Positions 23,011 through 35,053 of a stretch of 64,000 nucleotides of DNA are shown here, piece by piece. Every line of letters begins with the position of its first letter. The stretch's first letter is position 1. Both the position numbers and the translations under genes were made by a program. The notes below the pieces were generated by a model. The model had not been told where the DNA came from. It made no database searches and saw nothing but the letters and a program-made list of their open reading frames with translations. The stretch is taken from NCBI RefSeq assembly GCF_964355755.1, contig NC_092675.1, positions 19,068,912-19,132,911 on the forward strand. The letters are read 5' to 3'. This stretch comes from Antedon mediterranea (taxonomy: Eukaryota; Animalia; Echinodermata).

Positions 23011-25778
23011 ATGGTCATTAGTGTTGATGGCCAAGATAATTTGGTTGTTGTCACGGCAACGTCATTAACAACTGCTGTCATTTTCGTAGTAATGATTCTA
23101 AGCTGTGTCACTTGCAAATGCTGGTAAATATCTCTATATTATTATTTATTCTTAAAAATATTAATAATTATTTATTAAGCGCATCAATAAATAAGTAATA
23201 ATACAGCCTGGACAAATCCTGATAATATACTAATTAGAAAAAAAATGACATTACTTTCAAATATGTTTTTTAAAAAAATGAGATTACTTGTTCAAATATG
23301 TTAAAAATGTATTATACCTTGTATTTAAAAAGCATGTTTGCTTTTTGTTTGAGGAAAAAATGGTACCCAATCAAATCATTTTTTTGTTGTATTAAACCTT
23401 AATTGATAGAGGGTGACCCTAAACAGCATATGCTGCCCTCTTGATGAGTGACAGTGGTTGTGTGTATACTAGTACAACGGGGTAACCTCCTACTTGTTTC
23501 GAAAGATGTTCTTTAAAGTGAACATGAGCCAGATGTTAGACTTTCAATCAATCAAAATCAACATTTATTTCCAAAATGGTGGCGTCACCAAAAAAGCAAA
23601 GCTTGTGTCAGGGACGCCCAAACAAACCAATCAAAAGCAAACAAAACATATAAATAAGACATAGAAATGAAAATAACAATAAAACGTAAAGCGGTACATT
23701 TCAATTGTAGTATAAATCATATTAAATACATTTTCAATATTTCTAAAGGTAAATATATTAACAAGAAACATGGCAGCTAAGTATTGTTTGATAATAAATA
23801 ATATTTTGCCGTTTTTAAAAAATTATTTACATTATGTATATTTTGTAACGAATGAGGCAAAACATTCCAAAGTTTTGCACCAGAGTATCTAATACTTTGG
23901 TGAAATATTGTAGTCCTGTGTTTTGGGAGATGAATATAAGAGGATGACCTAGTGTCGTAGTTATAGAAAGTAACATTAAATTTAAACATATCGTAAAATC
24001 TATGAGGATAATTATGATTAATACAGTTATGAACTTGCTCCAAGTCTGTATTATTGTCTTTTTTTGTCATTCCACACGTCGTCGTTTTGATTTTTGTCTG
24101 AAAATACACTCAAGTAATACACGTATGAAATGCCATATGTGCAAAAATATTTATATTTTAACTAATATTAAGACAAAACTCCGTCTGGAGCCCAGACTAG
24201 CCAGGTGTGTGTGTACACTGGACCTATGGTTTATAGTCCTTATCGTGGAAAAACTTGTTCTACCACCAGAACCATGGAGTGAGTGAGGCTCGAACCCTTG
24301 CCGATATTAATATGGCAAGGTATTATGTTCCACTGTCTTAACCGCTTGTCCACTCACGTAATGTATATTCTTGTATTGCATGTATAAAGTGTTGTATTGC
24401 AGTACTTAATTATTTTCAAGATTTGTTATGAAATATAATTCATTGGTATTTATTCATTAAAAAAAAAGATAAAAACATTGCAGGCCGGAAAAATGCTAAA
24501 TTTTATTTCAATTTACAAAATATGTATAAAATTGGTTAAAATTACTTTTAAAAATTTAAAAGAATTACTGCTATGTGTCATAAAAAACAAATTGAACTAC
24601 ATTAAAATGCAAAATTATATTAAAATGCAAAATTACAAGGATGACAATTGTAAACAAATACTGTATTTATCTCTTTTCTTCCAGGAGGCGGTTTACAAAA
24701 AAAGATGTAGTTGATGATGAGGATAGTCCTGATGAAGTTTATACAAACCCTTCATTTGATGACGCACCTCAGAAAACTACTGTAGAGGTGATGTACAATA
24801 TAAGTATAGTTACAATTAGAAGAGTAACATATGTGTTGCAAATGCCTATGTTTCATATCAAATTAATAATATGAATTTAAAACACAAGTGACAATATTAA
24901 TATATATCTGTATGGGAAAATAGTATGTTTATTACATTCATTTCGTAACATAACATATGTTTTTTTTAATATGTATATAGAGTACAATAGTTTCTATCTA
25001 ATCTATGCTGCTTTTGGGATGTTAAATTCTTGTCTATTATGTTAAGAAATGTCAGCGTTCAATTTTAATTCTGCCTTTAAATGATCAAAATATGGGCCAG
25101 CTACCAACCACCAGTTACTGTATCCGCTCTATAAAATACAGCTTTCCGTGAAGCCTGGAAGCTGCTCTATCTGACATCAGAGGTTTGGGTCTGCTGTTTT
25201 GACCTCATTCAACTTTGACTCACTTTCTCCATGTCTTCTTCTTCATGTTTTCTTCATTTTTTCAGACAAAGAGGAAAAAGTTGGGTTCTTCTGTTGTTAC
25301 AAATTCACCGATCAATTCAATTGAACCATACCAAGAAATAGCAGAAGGAGTAGTGTTACAGAATAGGTTTACAAATGAAAAGAAAGAAAACTTGCAACAA
25401 CTTAATGAATTTAATTCAAAAAATGGAGATGTAAAATCAAGTAAATCTCCTGACGATAAACCGGATACGGAAAGAGTTAGTCAGAGTGAGCATTCATATT
25501 CATCTAATACGCCGACTATTCCTGCAGATGCTGTGTCAAACTCAAGCACCATCATTGTTAGTGTGGAGGTGCATTGTACAAACGTTGAAAACGGCAAGCT
25601 TGGTGTATCTGGAAACATTAGTAACTCGCCGAAACAAAATAGCATTTTAGAAAACCCAAGAGGTGTCGACGACAATGATAGGAATGGAATAGCAGTTCAT
25701 ATCAACCCATTTGCAGTAGAACGACTAGAAGAAAATATGAGAAAGGATAAAAATTCTGGCATGAGCATTGCATTATAA
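23011..25778 (+). CDS. Uncharacterised type III single-pass membrane protein (~242 aa) with adaptor-like layout; exons 23011-23123, 24685-24787, 25266-25778
   Basis: Three GT-AG exons join in frame; in-frame TAA upstream of the ATG; hydrophobic segment LVVVTATSLTTAVIFVVMILS, then CVTCKCWRR, then a polar tail. Confidence 0.75.
23393..24358 (-). mobile_element. tRNA-derived SINE interrupted by a CR1/L2 LINE 3' fragment (~23545-24010)
   Basis: Minus-strand A box TGGACAAGCGG and B box GGTTCGAGCC near 24350-24285; LINE C-terminal peptide SIRYSGAKLWNVLP with AATAAA and a (TTGA)n tail. Confidence 0.65.
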
Positions 25779-26062
25779 AATATTGAATGTCTTACCACTG
25801 CAACTGTCTATTCTATTCTACAACTTGTTCAATTTCTTGTATACTGCCATTATTATACCGGTATAAATACAGTATATATATATTTGCTTGAAGATGCTAA
25901 AAGCTGTACAGTATACTCAACAATCCCACCAACTCTCTCCCCTATTCCCTCAAATTAGTGACATTTTGTATAATTAAAAATTCATAAAACTGACCAACTC
26001 TTTAGCCGGTCATCACAGGGATCAATGAATGTTCAATTTGACCATTTGATTCTAGGGAAGAG

Positions 26063-26147
26063 TGAAATGGGGATCAGCTCAAAAGTTTCACAAATGTGTG
26101 ACGTATCCGTTTTCGTTATTGTATTCGTAAGGTTGCGAAACCTCCCT
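26063..26147. mobile_element. One-ended fragment of the 3513-4014 MITE family
   Basis: Reverse complement of the left ~85 bp of the 3513 element, ending GCGAAACCTCCCT. Confidence 0.75.
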
Positions 26148-28955
26148 ATTAGTATAAAATAGCTGAGATGCTAACAGGGACCGAACACAATGCAAAGCTT
26201 ACCTCTGTAACAGTGTTTTTATGTGCTGTACTTGTACTGTATATAGAAATATTGATTAAACAATGATTACTGGTAATTATGTATAAATGAAGACTTTTTG
26301 ACATAAAATCATGCACGTAAAATTAATCAAATTAAAAGAATATGCAGTTTGTTTTACAGACATTGTGTGCAAGTTGGGTGTATGTAGTTATGTGTATGAA
26401 GGAATAAAATAATTTTGTATTTGATTATTTTTTCATTATTACTGATTTTAATTTGATTGTTGTTAATATTTATGTTGTATTAATTTATGTAAACATATTT
26501 AAAATGTTAATATTTATAATTGAAAAGAATGAACTTAAAATCCAAAATATGAAAAGTATTATTTAAAAAAGGGTTTATTTTAGTATCATTTGGCTAATTG
26601 AAAATAATGTATTTAAATTTAATAAACTGTATCAAATATGTAAAAGGAGAAATATTCTATATATAATTACTCGTAATAGTATTAATTACTTGATTTTAAT
26701 TGTATTTAAGTTCAATTCAGTATTTAAATTATTTATATAATATCTTTAGTAATCGTTAATCGTCTCTAGTAAATTATTTGATTTATGATTTACTGTAAAA
26801 AATGATTAAACATATGAATTTAACTAATTAACACATGTTAAGGGCCTTTAACACCCGCTCAGGTTCTGGTGCAGTCCCAATGTTTGTTTTCATGACACAC
26901 CACATTATGCACATAGCGTGTGGCACGTCACGAAAACAAAAAGTCACTAATGCTGAGTATGACATGAACTTAAACTTGAGTCGGACCAGAGCAGGTGTGA
27001 AAGACCCTCATATGGCACCAGAAATATTCATTTGGATATATGTTCAAATTAAAGATTAGTTTAAAGGTTGTAAATTCTATAAGGTACATTTAAATATTAT
27101 ACTGTACACCATAATTATATATTCATTGGATTTACAGGCCTGTACACTTAGTCGTAAATGGATTAGTGAGAGGAGTGTCTTTTTAATGAAATAAAATCAA
27201 ATTGTATAAGCATAAAGTATTGTCATATCGTGCCATATTTGAATATGGCATATCAATTGTATAGGCTTATTGTATTGTCACATTTCTCAATTTGAATATG
27301 TACTCTAACACTTTATACTAACTGGTGCTATTAGTATTAAAATCAGCAATCAATGTCATTGTTATTACTGTACTAAAAAGCATTTTTCATTAGGAAATCA
27401 AAAGCTGGAGATAAGGTAAAACACGCTTATGATAAAATTCCAAAGTTGCTTTCAGATCAGAATGTTATTTTACAGAGTAATTGTGAATTATGACCCAATG
27501 GCATGGCATATCATTTTTTTCTGAGGTAAAGAACGTCCTAATTATGGCAAGGCTGCTACCCATAAATAGAGGGTTTCCTATAACTTGTAGGATGTTAAGC
27601 GTACACCTATAAATACTAATGTATATGTCAATGATTTAAAAATGCACATAACATGTGCCTTATTAATAATTTGGTTTGGGTACAATTCATCTTTAAAAGT
27701 TCTTTTTGGATAATTTTTGAATTTATTTTTATGTTACATTTGTTTTCAGAAGAGTATTGAAAGGTAACATTCTTGTTTATCGACCATTGTATTATAAATG
27801 TCGCCATGCAAAGTAATAATGTATAGTAATAATATTATAATCAGATAGTTTTTTTTATATATATATAATAATTAATAAAGCCTGGTTATATATATTTTTT
27901 TCTATAAATAATACATTATTGATTTGGCTGTTGCTACTTTATTTTTTAAATTACAAAAAGCTTAGTTGGTGCTAAATAAAGGGCAAAAGCTACCATTCTA
28001 AAAAAACTATGCAAATATATGTACATTGTATTAATTGTATAAAATATATACAAAATGTAAAATCTTTTGGTGCAAAGTAAGTTTGAAGATCGTTTTTTAA
28101 ACAGGTATTATTACAGAGGAACATCACTTAGACACCTACAGTATGACGGCTGATTAAGTGAATACATTACCGTAGTGAATTTGTCATACATGTATGATGT
28201 AGTCAACTCTCCTAATACAACTCTCTCTCTGAAAACCAAAAACTCTTTCAAAACTAGACTGTTTTTGTATTGAGGGCAAAAAGGTCCCAATTCTAAAACA
28301 CAATTAGTCCAGATATATTGGCCAGCCAGAGGGAGAGATAACTGTATCATATTCCCTTCCAATAAAAAGATCTAAGAATGCATATATTTTTTTGTAAGAT
28401 GAAAAAAAAATGTGGGTTTTTTGGTCAAACCAAAATGTAGTAAAAGATGAAAGGGATTTTTAAAAATTATGTCTTAAATATATATATTGTAGTAGTATAT
28501 TTATAGAGTTTATAGAATATAGTTTGTACTGTACAACCTGCAATCCAATGTATTAAATTGTATTTTGGACAAACTCTACTTGCTCTGATGAATGAGACAT
28601 AACACATTACTCCTTTTCAGACAACCATCTTGTATCATGTTCGGTGCCTAGTAACTTTGTAAAATATTAAGCCTTTACATGAATGGTTTGGGTTGATGAT
28701 GAATGTATTGTTAAATGGTATGGATTGAGGACTTTTGGCAGACTTGGCTTGCCATACTCTGGCCTTTTTTTCCCTGGTACTATACTTTTTCTGTTATTAT
28801 GTAATAATTTTCTTATAATGTGAATATTGGGACACAAAATGGTACGCTTCAAACAATAATTGACTGTTCTCAGGGCTTCTTGCTTTAAATTAATAAAAAG
28901 AAATTGGACACAAAAGAGTGTAATTGTTGATTCTTTGAATGATTACCTAGTGTTA

Positions 28956-29077
28956 AGCTTTGTCTACACTATTAAACAAAAAAAAAACATCCCAGTCTGA
29001 AGTCGGAGATGCTACCTCATCATGTGCCCATATGGACATGTCATATCACTACTATATTTGATAGTGTAGACAGAGCT
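28956..29077. mobile_element. Harbinger-like MITE copy carrying a fragment of the 16136-16180 repeat terminus
   Basis: AGCTTTGTCTACACTAT...ATAGTGTAGACAGAGCT termini, with internal AAAACATCCCAGTCTGAAGTCGGAGATGCTACCTCATC. Confidence 0.7.
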
Positions 29078-30386
29078 TTACTCATAACTCATACACAAGA
29101 CACCAAATTAAGCTTAATACCCCATGTAGGGGGTCTGACTAGGTTTTTAATAATAATCATCTTAAATACACAAAATGATAAATCAATCTTGACTCATTAA
29201 ACATATAAACAAATTCTTTGATATTTCCGATTATTTAAAAAAAAAAAACACTGATTTTCCAGTTAATAAAATAACGATTTAAATCTTAAAACTTGCCCTA
29301 AACTCTTGATTCTAAATGTTGATTAGAATAACAAAGTCTAAAATCTGAATATTAAACACTATTTCCTTTACATAAAGATCTAATTTAAGCAGTAAACTCA
29401 ATTACTGTATGTTTTATAATGAAGTATATTGTAAAATTCTCAAACAAACTTATCACCCTAAACTACTATCTATATTACAGTTTCTTTTTAACAGAATATT
29501 TTTTCTACAAATAAATGTGATGCAAACGGGTTGATTATATTTATGAGATGATCTATACAAAACACAACAGACAAGTTAGAAGAATTTCATAATTGAACAC
29601 AAACAGTGCTTACAGCAAAACTTAAATATAAGTTCAGGTTAATACTTTTTAACTATAAAAAATGAATATCAAAAAGCACAATAAAGAAACGTTTAAGACT
29701 AGATAAAGAGTCTTCATCTTTTAGGCATTACATCCCTTCATAAAAAATGTGAAATAAACTATTAGTATGATCATGTACGACATTTTCTAATTTAGCTTCA
29801 CAGCTGCAACCTCTCCACTATTTCTTTTTGAACAAACATGCTTTTTAAAATCATTTTAGTTTAATATCTCTGCAAAATACATGTTAGCAGATGCATTAGT
29901 ATAATTTGTGCAATTTGCAACTTTACTTGGTAATTTAGTTGGTAAATCGCCAAAACTAAAAATGTACACAGAGGTTTTAAGTCTTTGATTATTATCAATT
30001 ATGATTAGGCAGCTGACTCATTTAATTAACACCTATACTATTTTTCTTTAAGAATAAAAAAATTAAAGTCATGTCAATACACTACCATACCAGTGATAAA
30101 TCAGTTATCAACATCACGTTTAATAATGTTATTATAGTAGTTAGGCCAGCATTTCTTGAGCTTTTATGTTGCTACAGGACCATTGACTCCTCCCCTCCTG
30201 CGGTTCACTAAGTAAGTGCCCACAACAGAACAAGCAGAGCCTAGCACTTAAAAGGCTCTCGATCACCAGTTATTTATACACATCTTGGTCGGTTGCTGGT
30301 ATCGTATCTTGGATAGGTTTGTTATTCCAGTTTGTTTTATCCAATCCACTCCGTTTTTTTAATCGTCCCTCGTTCTTCAGATCTGA

Positions 30387-33300
30387 TCATACAGAGTACT
30401 TGTGTTTCGCCATCGATCCTGTTTTCACTTTAGTATCTGCATGGGACTAAAGAAGAAGATAATTGTGTTTTATATCATGAAATTCAAATACAGTAAATTC
30501 ATCTCAGTATGTAATTGCAGTGTAAAAGTAGGAACAAATTTGAGAACTTATCTATCCTTTTGGGCGAGTGAAATTGCTTTTAAACACACTATGGTATAAA
30601 CAATAACAGTAAAACAGATCTTATCACATTAACTATGTGATAGGACTATTTTTTTATATTTTGTTTTTATCTTACCTCAAATCCAATTATTGCTCTTGGT
30701 GGTAAGTTAAGTCTACTTTTAAATTTCCGTCTAAAAGAAAAAAATTATATTTAATATTATTAATTGGTGATTATTTCAATTTGAAAGGCTAAGTCATTGT
30801 AAATTGTTTTCCCCTTTCATATTTGGCATATTTTCCTATGACTCAATTACAGCCAAAGGCAATTACAATTGACTTTTGTTCAATGATGCAATGAACCAAC
30901 ACCTATTGAAGATCAGCTGGAGGCACTAGAGAGTAGAGAGGAGGTAAATAATGAACTTACCCGACAGCCATTACGCTTTCCTCATTTTGTGAACCAGTCC
31001 ATATTGCTATCTTATATGCCTTGGGTCGTATATTAATAACACAACCGTTCACGTAATCACCTTGGTCTTCAAATGCTTCACCAACTAAGCACAATAACTA
31101 AAAACAGATAAAACAAAAAAGTATTACTATTACAGTAGAGGCCCAATTAAGGGAACACATTAATAGGAGTGTACCTTTGATATGGGGTATCCATAGTCTC
31201 AAAAACCCAAGCCTCACGTATTGACTGACTCCACTCTAGATGTTTGCGCTACATCAGCCACAATCAGAATATCCTTTATAAATGTAACGATCTATATAAT
31301 TTTGACGATGAAAAAAAAATATATCTCATATCTCCCCCTTCATTACGTAGATGTCACAATGATCTTATTTTTCTTTTTAAATGTCTTCATTCAATTTTTG
31401 ACTGCAACTTTATCTCCAATTTTCGGTATTCGTGTTCCCACCCATAATTTAAGAAACAACAATATCCTTTGTGTTCCCTTTAGTAGAGTCAATGTTCTTA
31501 AAAATGGTTACATCAGTAGGTTAAGTTTATGTTATAATAGTTCAGTCCAGGCCCATCCCTATATCGACATTTTAAATTCAAATCTTTATCTGTTTCGTCG
31601 TAATTTAATTGTTTCTGAGTTGTTGTAATTGTCTTTGTATCTGTTAAACCAAGCTGTAAGTGGCGGATTTGTTTCTGCTGTAATTGTTTCTGGTTTTAAA
31701 AATAAAATAAAATTTACAAAAATAAAAATATATTTCCATTTCACTTACCGTTTCTAGCCATAACTTATCTATATCAGAATTACGATTTCTTTTGTCAAAA
31801 TTCACAAGCCACCTTCCACCTGCTTTGTTTTGATCATCTTCCCACATTGGTTTCACTCCATCCTTTATTGAGAAGACAAAGAAAAAATATGCTAAAATAT
31901 ATGTCATGGGGGCATAGGGAATCACCACAGCACCATGATGCTTAAAACCCACACTAAACTTGTCACATAATGATGTGCTTTGTAGAAATAGTAGATGTAT
32001 TTGTTTTGCCCAAAGTTGTGAGTTTATGCTCAAAATGACAGGTACTGTATAGCGCCTCCTTGGTGCAAAACAACATCATTACCAACCACTATGCAAATTA
32101 GGACTATCATAAAACTTTCATGATCTTTTAAATGTTGTAGTTCAAATGCAAAAGAGTGTCATAGTTTACCTTGAATAATGAATAGTCACATCCTGTTACA
32201 AGTTTACTTGCAAGTTGTATATGATTGTATACCCTGTAATAAATAATATATGAAACTTGATTATTATACTGACATGTTAATCATGATTGTTACTGTATAG
32301 TTTCACACATGTATGCACAATATATTTAAAAATACTGTATAGCATGCTTTTTTACATCAAATTATGAAAGACATAAACGCTGCCTTCAGCTGTGGGTTTG
32401 ATCAATGAAATTATTCTCTACAGAAGGAGGTTTGATTTTGAACAGAATATTATTTGAAAACACCTTAATAATTTAGGGTTTTATAGCCTATAAACAATAT
32501 ATCATTAATCACAGTAAGATGTGCAGAGCAGTTAGTTCAGTCAAAAACATAATTAGTTAGAATAGAACAAAACCTTTACTGATACAATGTACAATGAAAC
32601 ATGCTATGAATCATGCAATGCTTCAAGTGACTTACGCCCAGAAGTCTTCAACCGTATCAAAGGTTGTTACAACTCTAAGATTATCAGCCCATGATTTTGT
32701 CTTGTCGTTTTTGAAGAACCATAGGGCCCATTTGTTTTCTAAAGGATGTTTGATTGCATGATCAGGGGTGACATCAATTTCTTGTTTAATCACTTCTTTT
32801 CCTTCTTTTGTTTCAGGAACCTCCTCTGCTTCATCCTTCTCCTTTATAAAAAAAAAAATATATAGTAAAAAATGACTGTCATCAGGGCTCGATTTAGTGC
32901 TAGCCCGGCGTACAATGGCTAGTAAAAACAGCTCCGGGCTACCTAAAGTATCTTCCTTTAAGCCCGGATGGCTAGTAGGTTGTGGGAACTCGAAATTGGG
33001 ACGAAATGACCTCATAAAAATAACTCCAGCATAAAAGACATGTCTTGGCAACATCAGCAAAAAAAAATCACTCGCGCGCTGCTGCTGGGGCCATAACAAG
33101 TGATGATGTAGGCGGAGCCTCTCATAATCAAACAAATTTCCCGAATTATGATTGGCCATTTATGTTTTTGTCACCCAGGTTATTGTGAAGTAGGCGGAGC
33201 TTCATTATCAGGTCAAACATGTCACAAAAATATGACCATAAATAACGAACTGTGATTGGCCAAATGTAGTAGAATTTTGCCAATGTTAAAAATAACTTGT

Positions 33301-34777
33301 CCAGTCTTGTCAGGCCAGGCCTGGTTGTCACAGACCAAAGCTAGTAGGGATATTTTGTAGGGCCGGGTGGCTGGCTCTATCCCTGTAGGTAGGCCATGGA
33401 GGCCATATTTTATAATATGCGTAGGAGGCCTAGATAGAACCAAAAGCCATCGTTTGGCATCGTGATGGCTGCTCAGCAGCTAGCTAGGCCTAGCTAGATA
33501 CTACCTAGGCTAGGGCCTAGTACCATTTTGGTACAGTAGGCCAGGGTGCTCCAATGCGATCTAGGCTAGGCTAGGCCTAGTAGGTAGGTCTATCCTAGCT
33601 ACCCTACTATAATAATAGGCTCTAGGCCTAGGCCTCTAGCCTAAGGTAGACAGAATCTAATTAGTTTTCTTGGCTAGGTTGAAGCCCAACAACAAAAAGA
33701 CCTCAATAAATCGATTCTGTGAATATGTTGAGCATGAAATAGACTATGCGTCGCAACGCAAAGTTAATTTTTATAATGTGAACCGGGATGTGAACAATAA
33801 AGAAATACAATTTTGTGTAATTTTTCATGTAATAATAGTTTAATACAGTTTGTATGTAAATGTGTAGCAATTCTCGAGCGTTTAGATTAGTGCGCCCTCT
33901 ATTGTACAAAATGCCTGAATTCATTTATATGGCGGCCCTGCTATCACGGTGCGATAATAAGAGTGGGCTAGTAAAATAATGTATGGGCTAGTGAAATCTA
34001 CAGTGAACTAGCCCAGTGGGCTAGCAATATGAAAAAGATAAATCGAGCCCTGGTCATATGTGTTATCAATTTCTGTATTTAAGATACCCTGTGGCTTTAA
34101 AATATAGTAATAGTTTTAATGGGAATTTTCCAATACTAAAGTTTTGACGATTTTTCCTAGCACATAAGACAATCTGGCCCTTAAAAACTGGACCCATTTT
34201 GTCTTTCTGGTCATAGGTCCGATCATTTGTTGCTCTGGTACACTACTGTGTAGTAGGCTAGATAAGAGATGTGTTATTATTATATTAAATATAGAAATAA
34301 AAATAAAATAAAAAATCAATATAAAATTTCTTAAAAAATTGTAAAAATGTACAACTCTTTATTTCTAAATAAAAATGGCATGCTTTTATTTATAAATTAG
34401 GTGCAGGATGCGATACCTAGTACATTAATCAGATATCTACATACATACAAACAATACAAAAACAAGAAAGTTGTTAGGCATAGTACTGCGTGGCAAAGTG
34501 TCTCTCTTGTCATACACACGCCACACACAGCACAGGTAGGATACTGCCTTCCCTCTCTCTGAAATGATGGACTCGATCTTCCTGATTTCTCGATGTTTAA
34601 ATTATCAGATTACTCTGACAAATCAACACAAAATTACGTAATTTTATTATACAAAAATGCTTTAATAAATGATTTATTATATTATATGCTTAATAATAAA
34701 AAAGTGAATTATTTTGCTTTTATAATCGACTTGATAATTACCTCTTTACGTATTTTGGTAACTTCTCCAGATGCCAT
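30387..34777 (-). CDS. EIF4E: Class I eukaryotic translation initiation factor 4E (~223 aa); exons 34777-34742, 32841-32636, 32233-32170, 31862-31749, 31097-30961, 30730-30676, 30446-30387
   Basis: KHPLENKWALWFF, TVEDFW, DYSLFKDGVKPMWED, GGRW, LWLETLLCLVGEAF, KIAIW, IGFESHADT; all introns GT-AG and in phase. Confidence 0.95.
31221..31628 (+). mobile_element. Decayed CR1-type LINE 3' fragment in an eIF4E intron
   Basis: Frameshifted peptides LRRCHNDLIFLFKCLH..DC and RVPTHNLRN...SRVNVLKNGYISRL. Confidence 0.65.
32883..34052. mobile_element. Non-autonomous hAT-like element with 5-bp TSD in eIF4E intron 1
   Basis: TIR CAGGGCTCGATTTA; GTCAT directly repeated on both flanks; subterminal GGGCTAG repeats. 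Confidence 0.8.
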
Positions 34778-35053
34778 GTTCGATGAATGAGCAATGTTCC
34801 GATACCACGTGACACCGGTCAATAGCCTCTTATTTCCAGATGTATCATAAATCCCAGTAACACAAATGTTTGTTGCTGTACTTGGTAAAGTATTAAAAAC
34901 AGCAAGTTACTAAAATATATTTTTTATAACACACTGCAATACATCATCGTAGTTTTTATTGTTTAAAAATATCTACATTCCTTGTCTCATAATCTCCCAA
35001 ATTACAAACGTCTGGAGATCTTACAAAGGTCAGGGGTGAGATGACTACCACAA
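34778..35053. promoter_or_regulatory. Bidirectional promoter shared by eIF4E and DCTN4
   Basis: Divergent start codons only ~280 bp apart. Confidence 0.75.

Noticed and set aside
24280-24358. tRNA gene; similar B-box fragments near 37135, 40650 and 43925
   Set aside because: A/B boxes without a full cloverleaf; best explained as SINE heads.
26200-30380. Hidden gene in the long AT-rich interval
   Set aside because: No coherent exons found; looks like 3' UTR or intergenic DNA between convergent genes.
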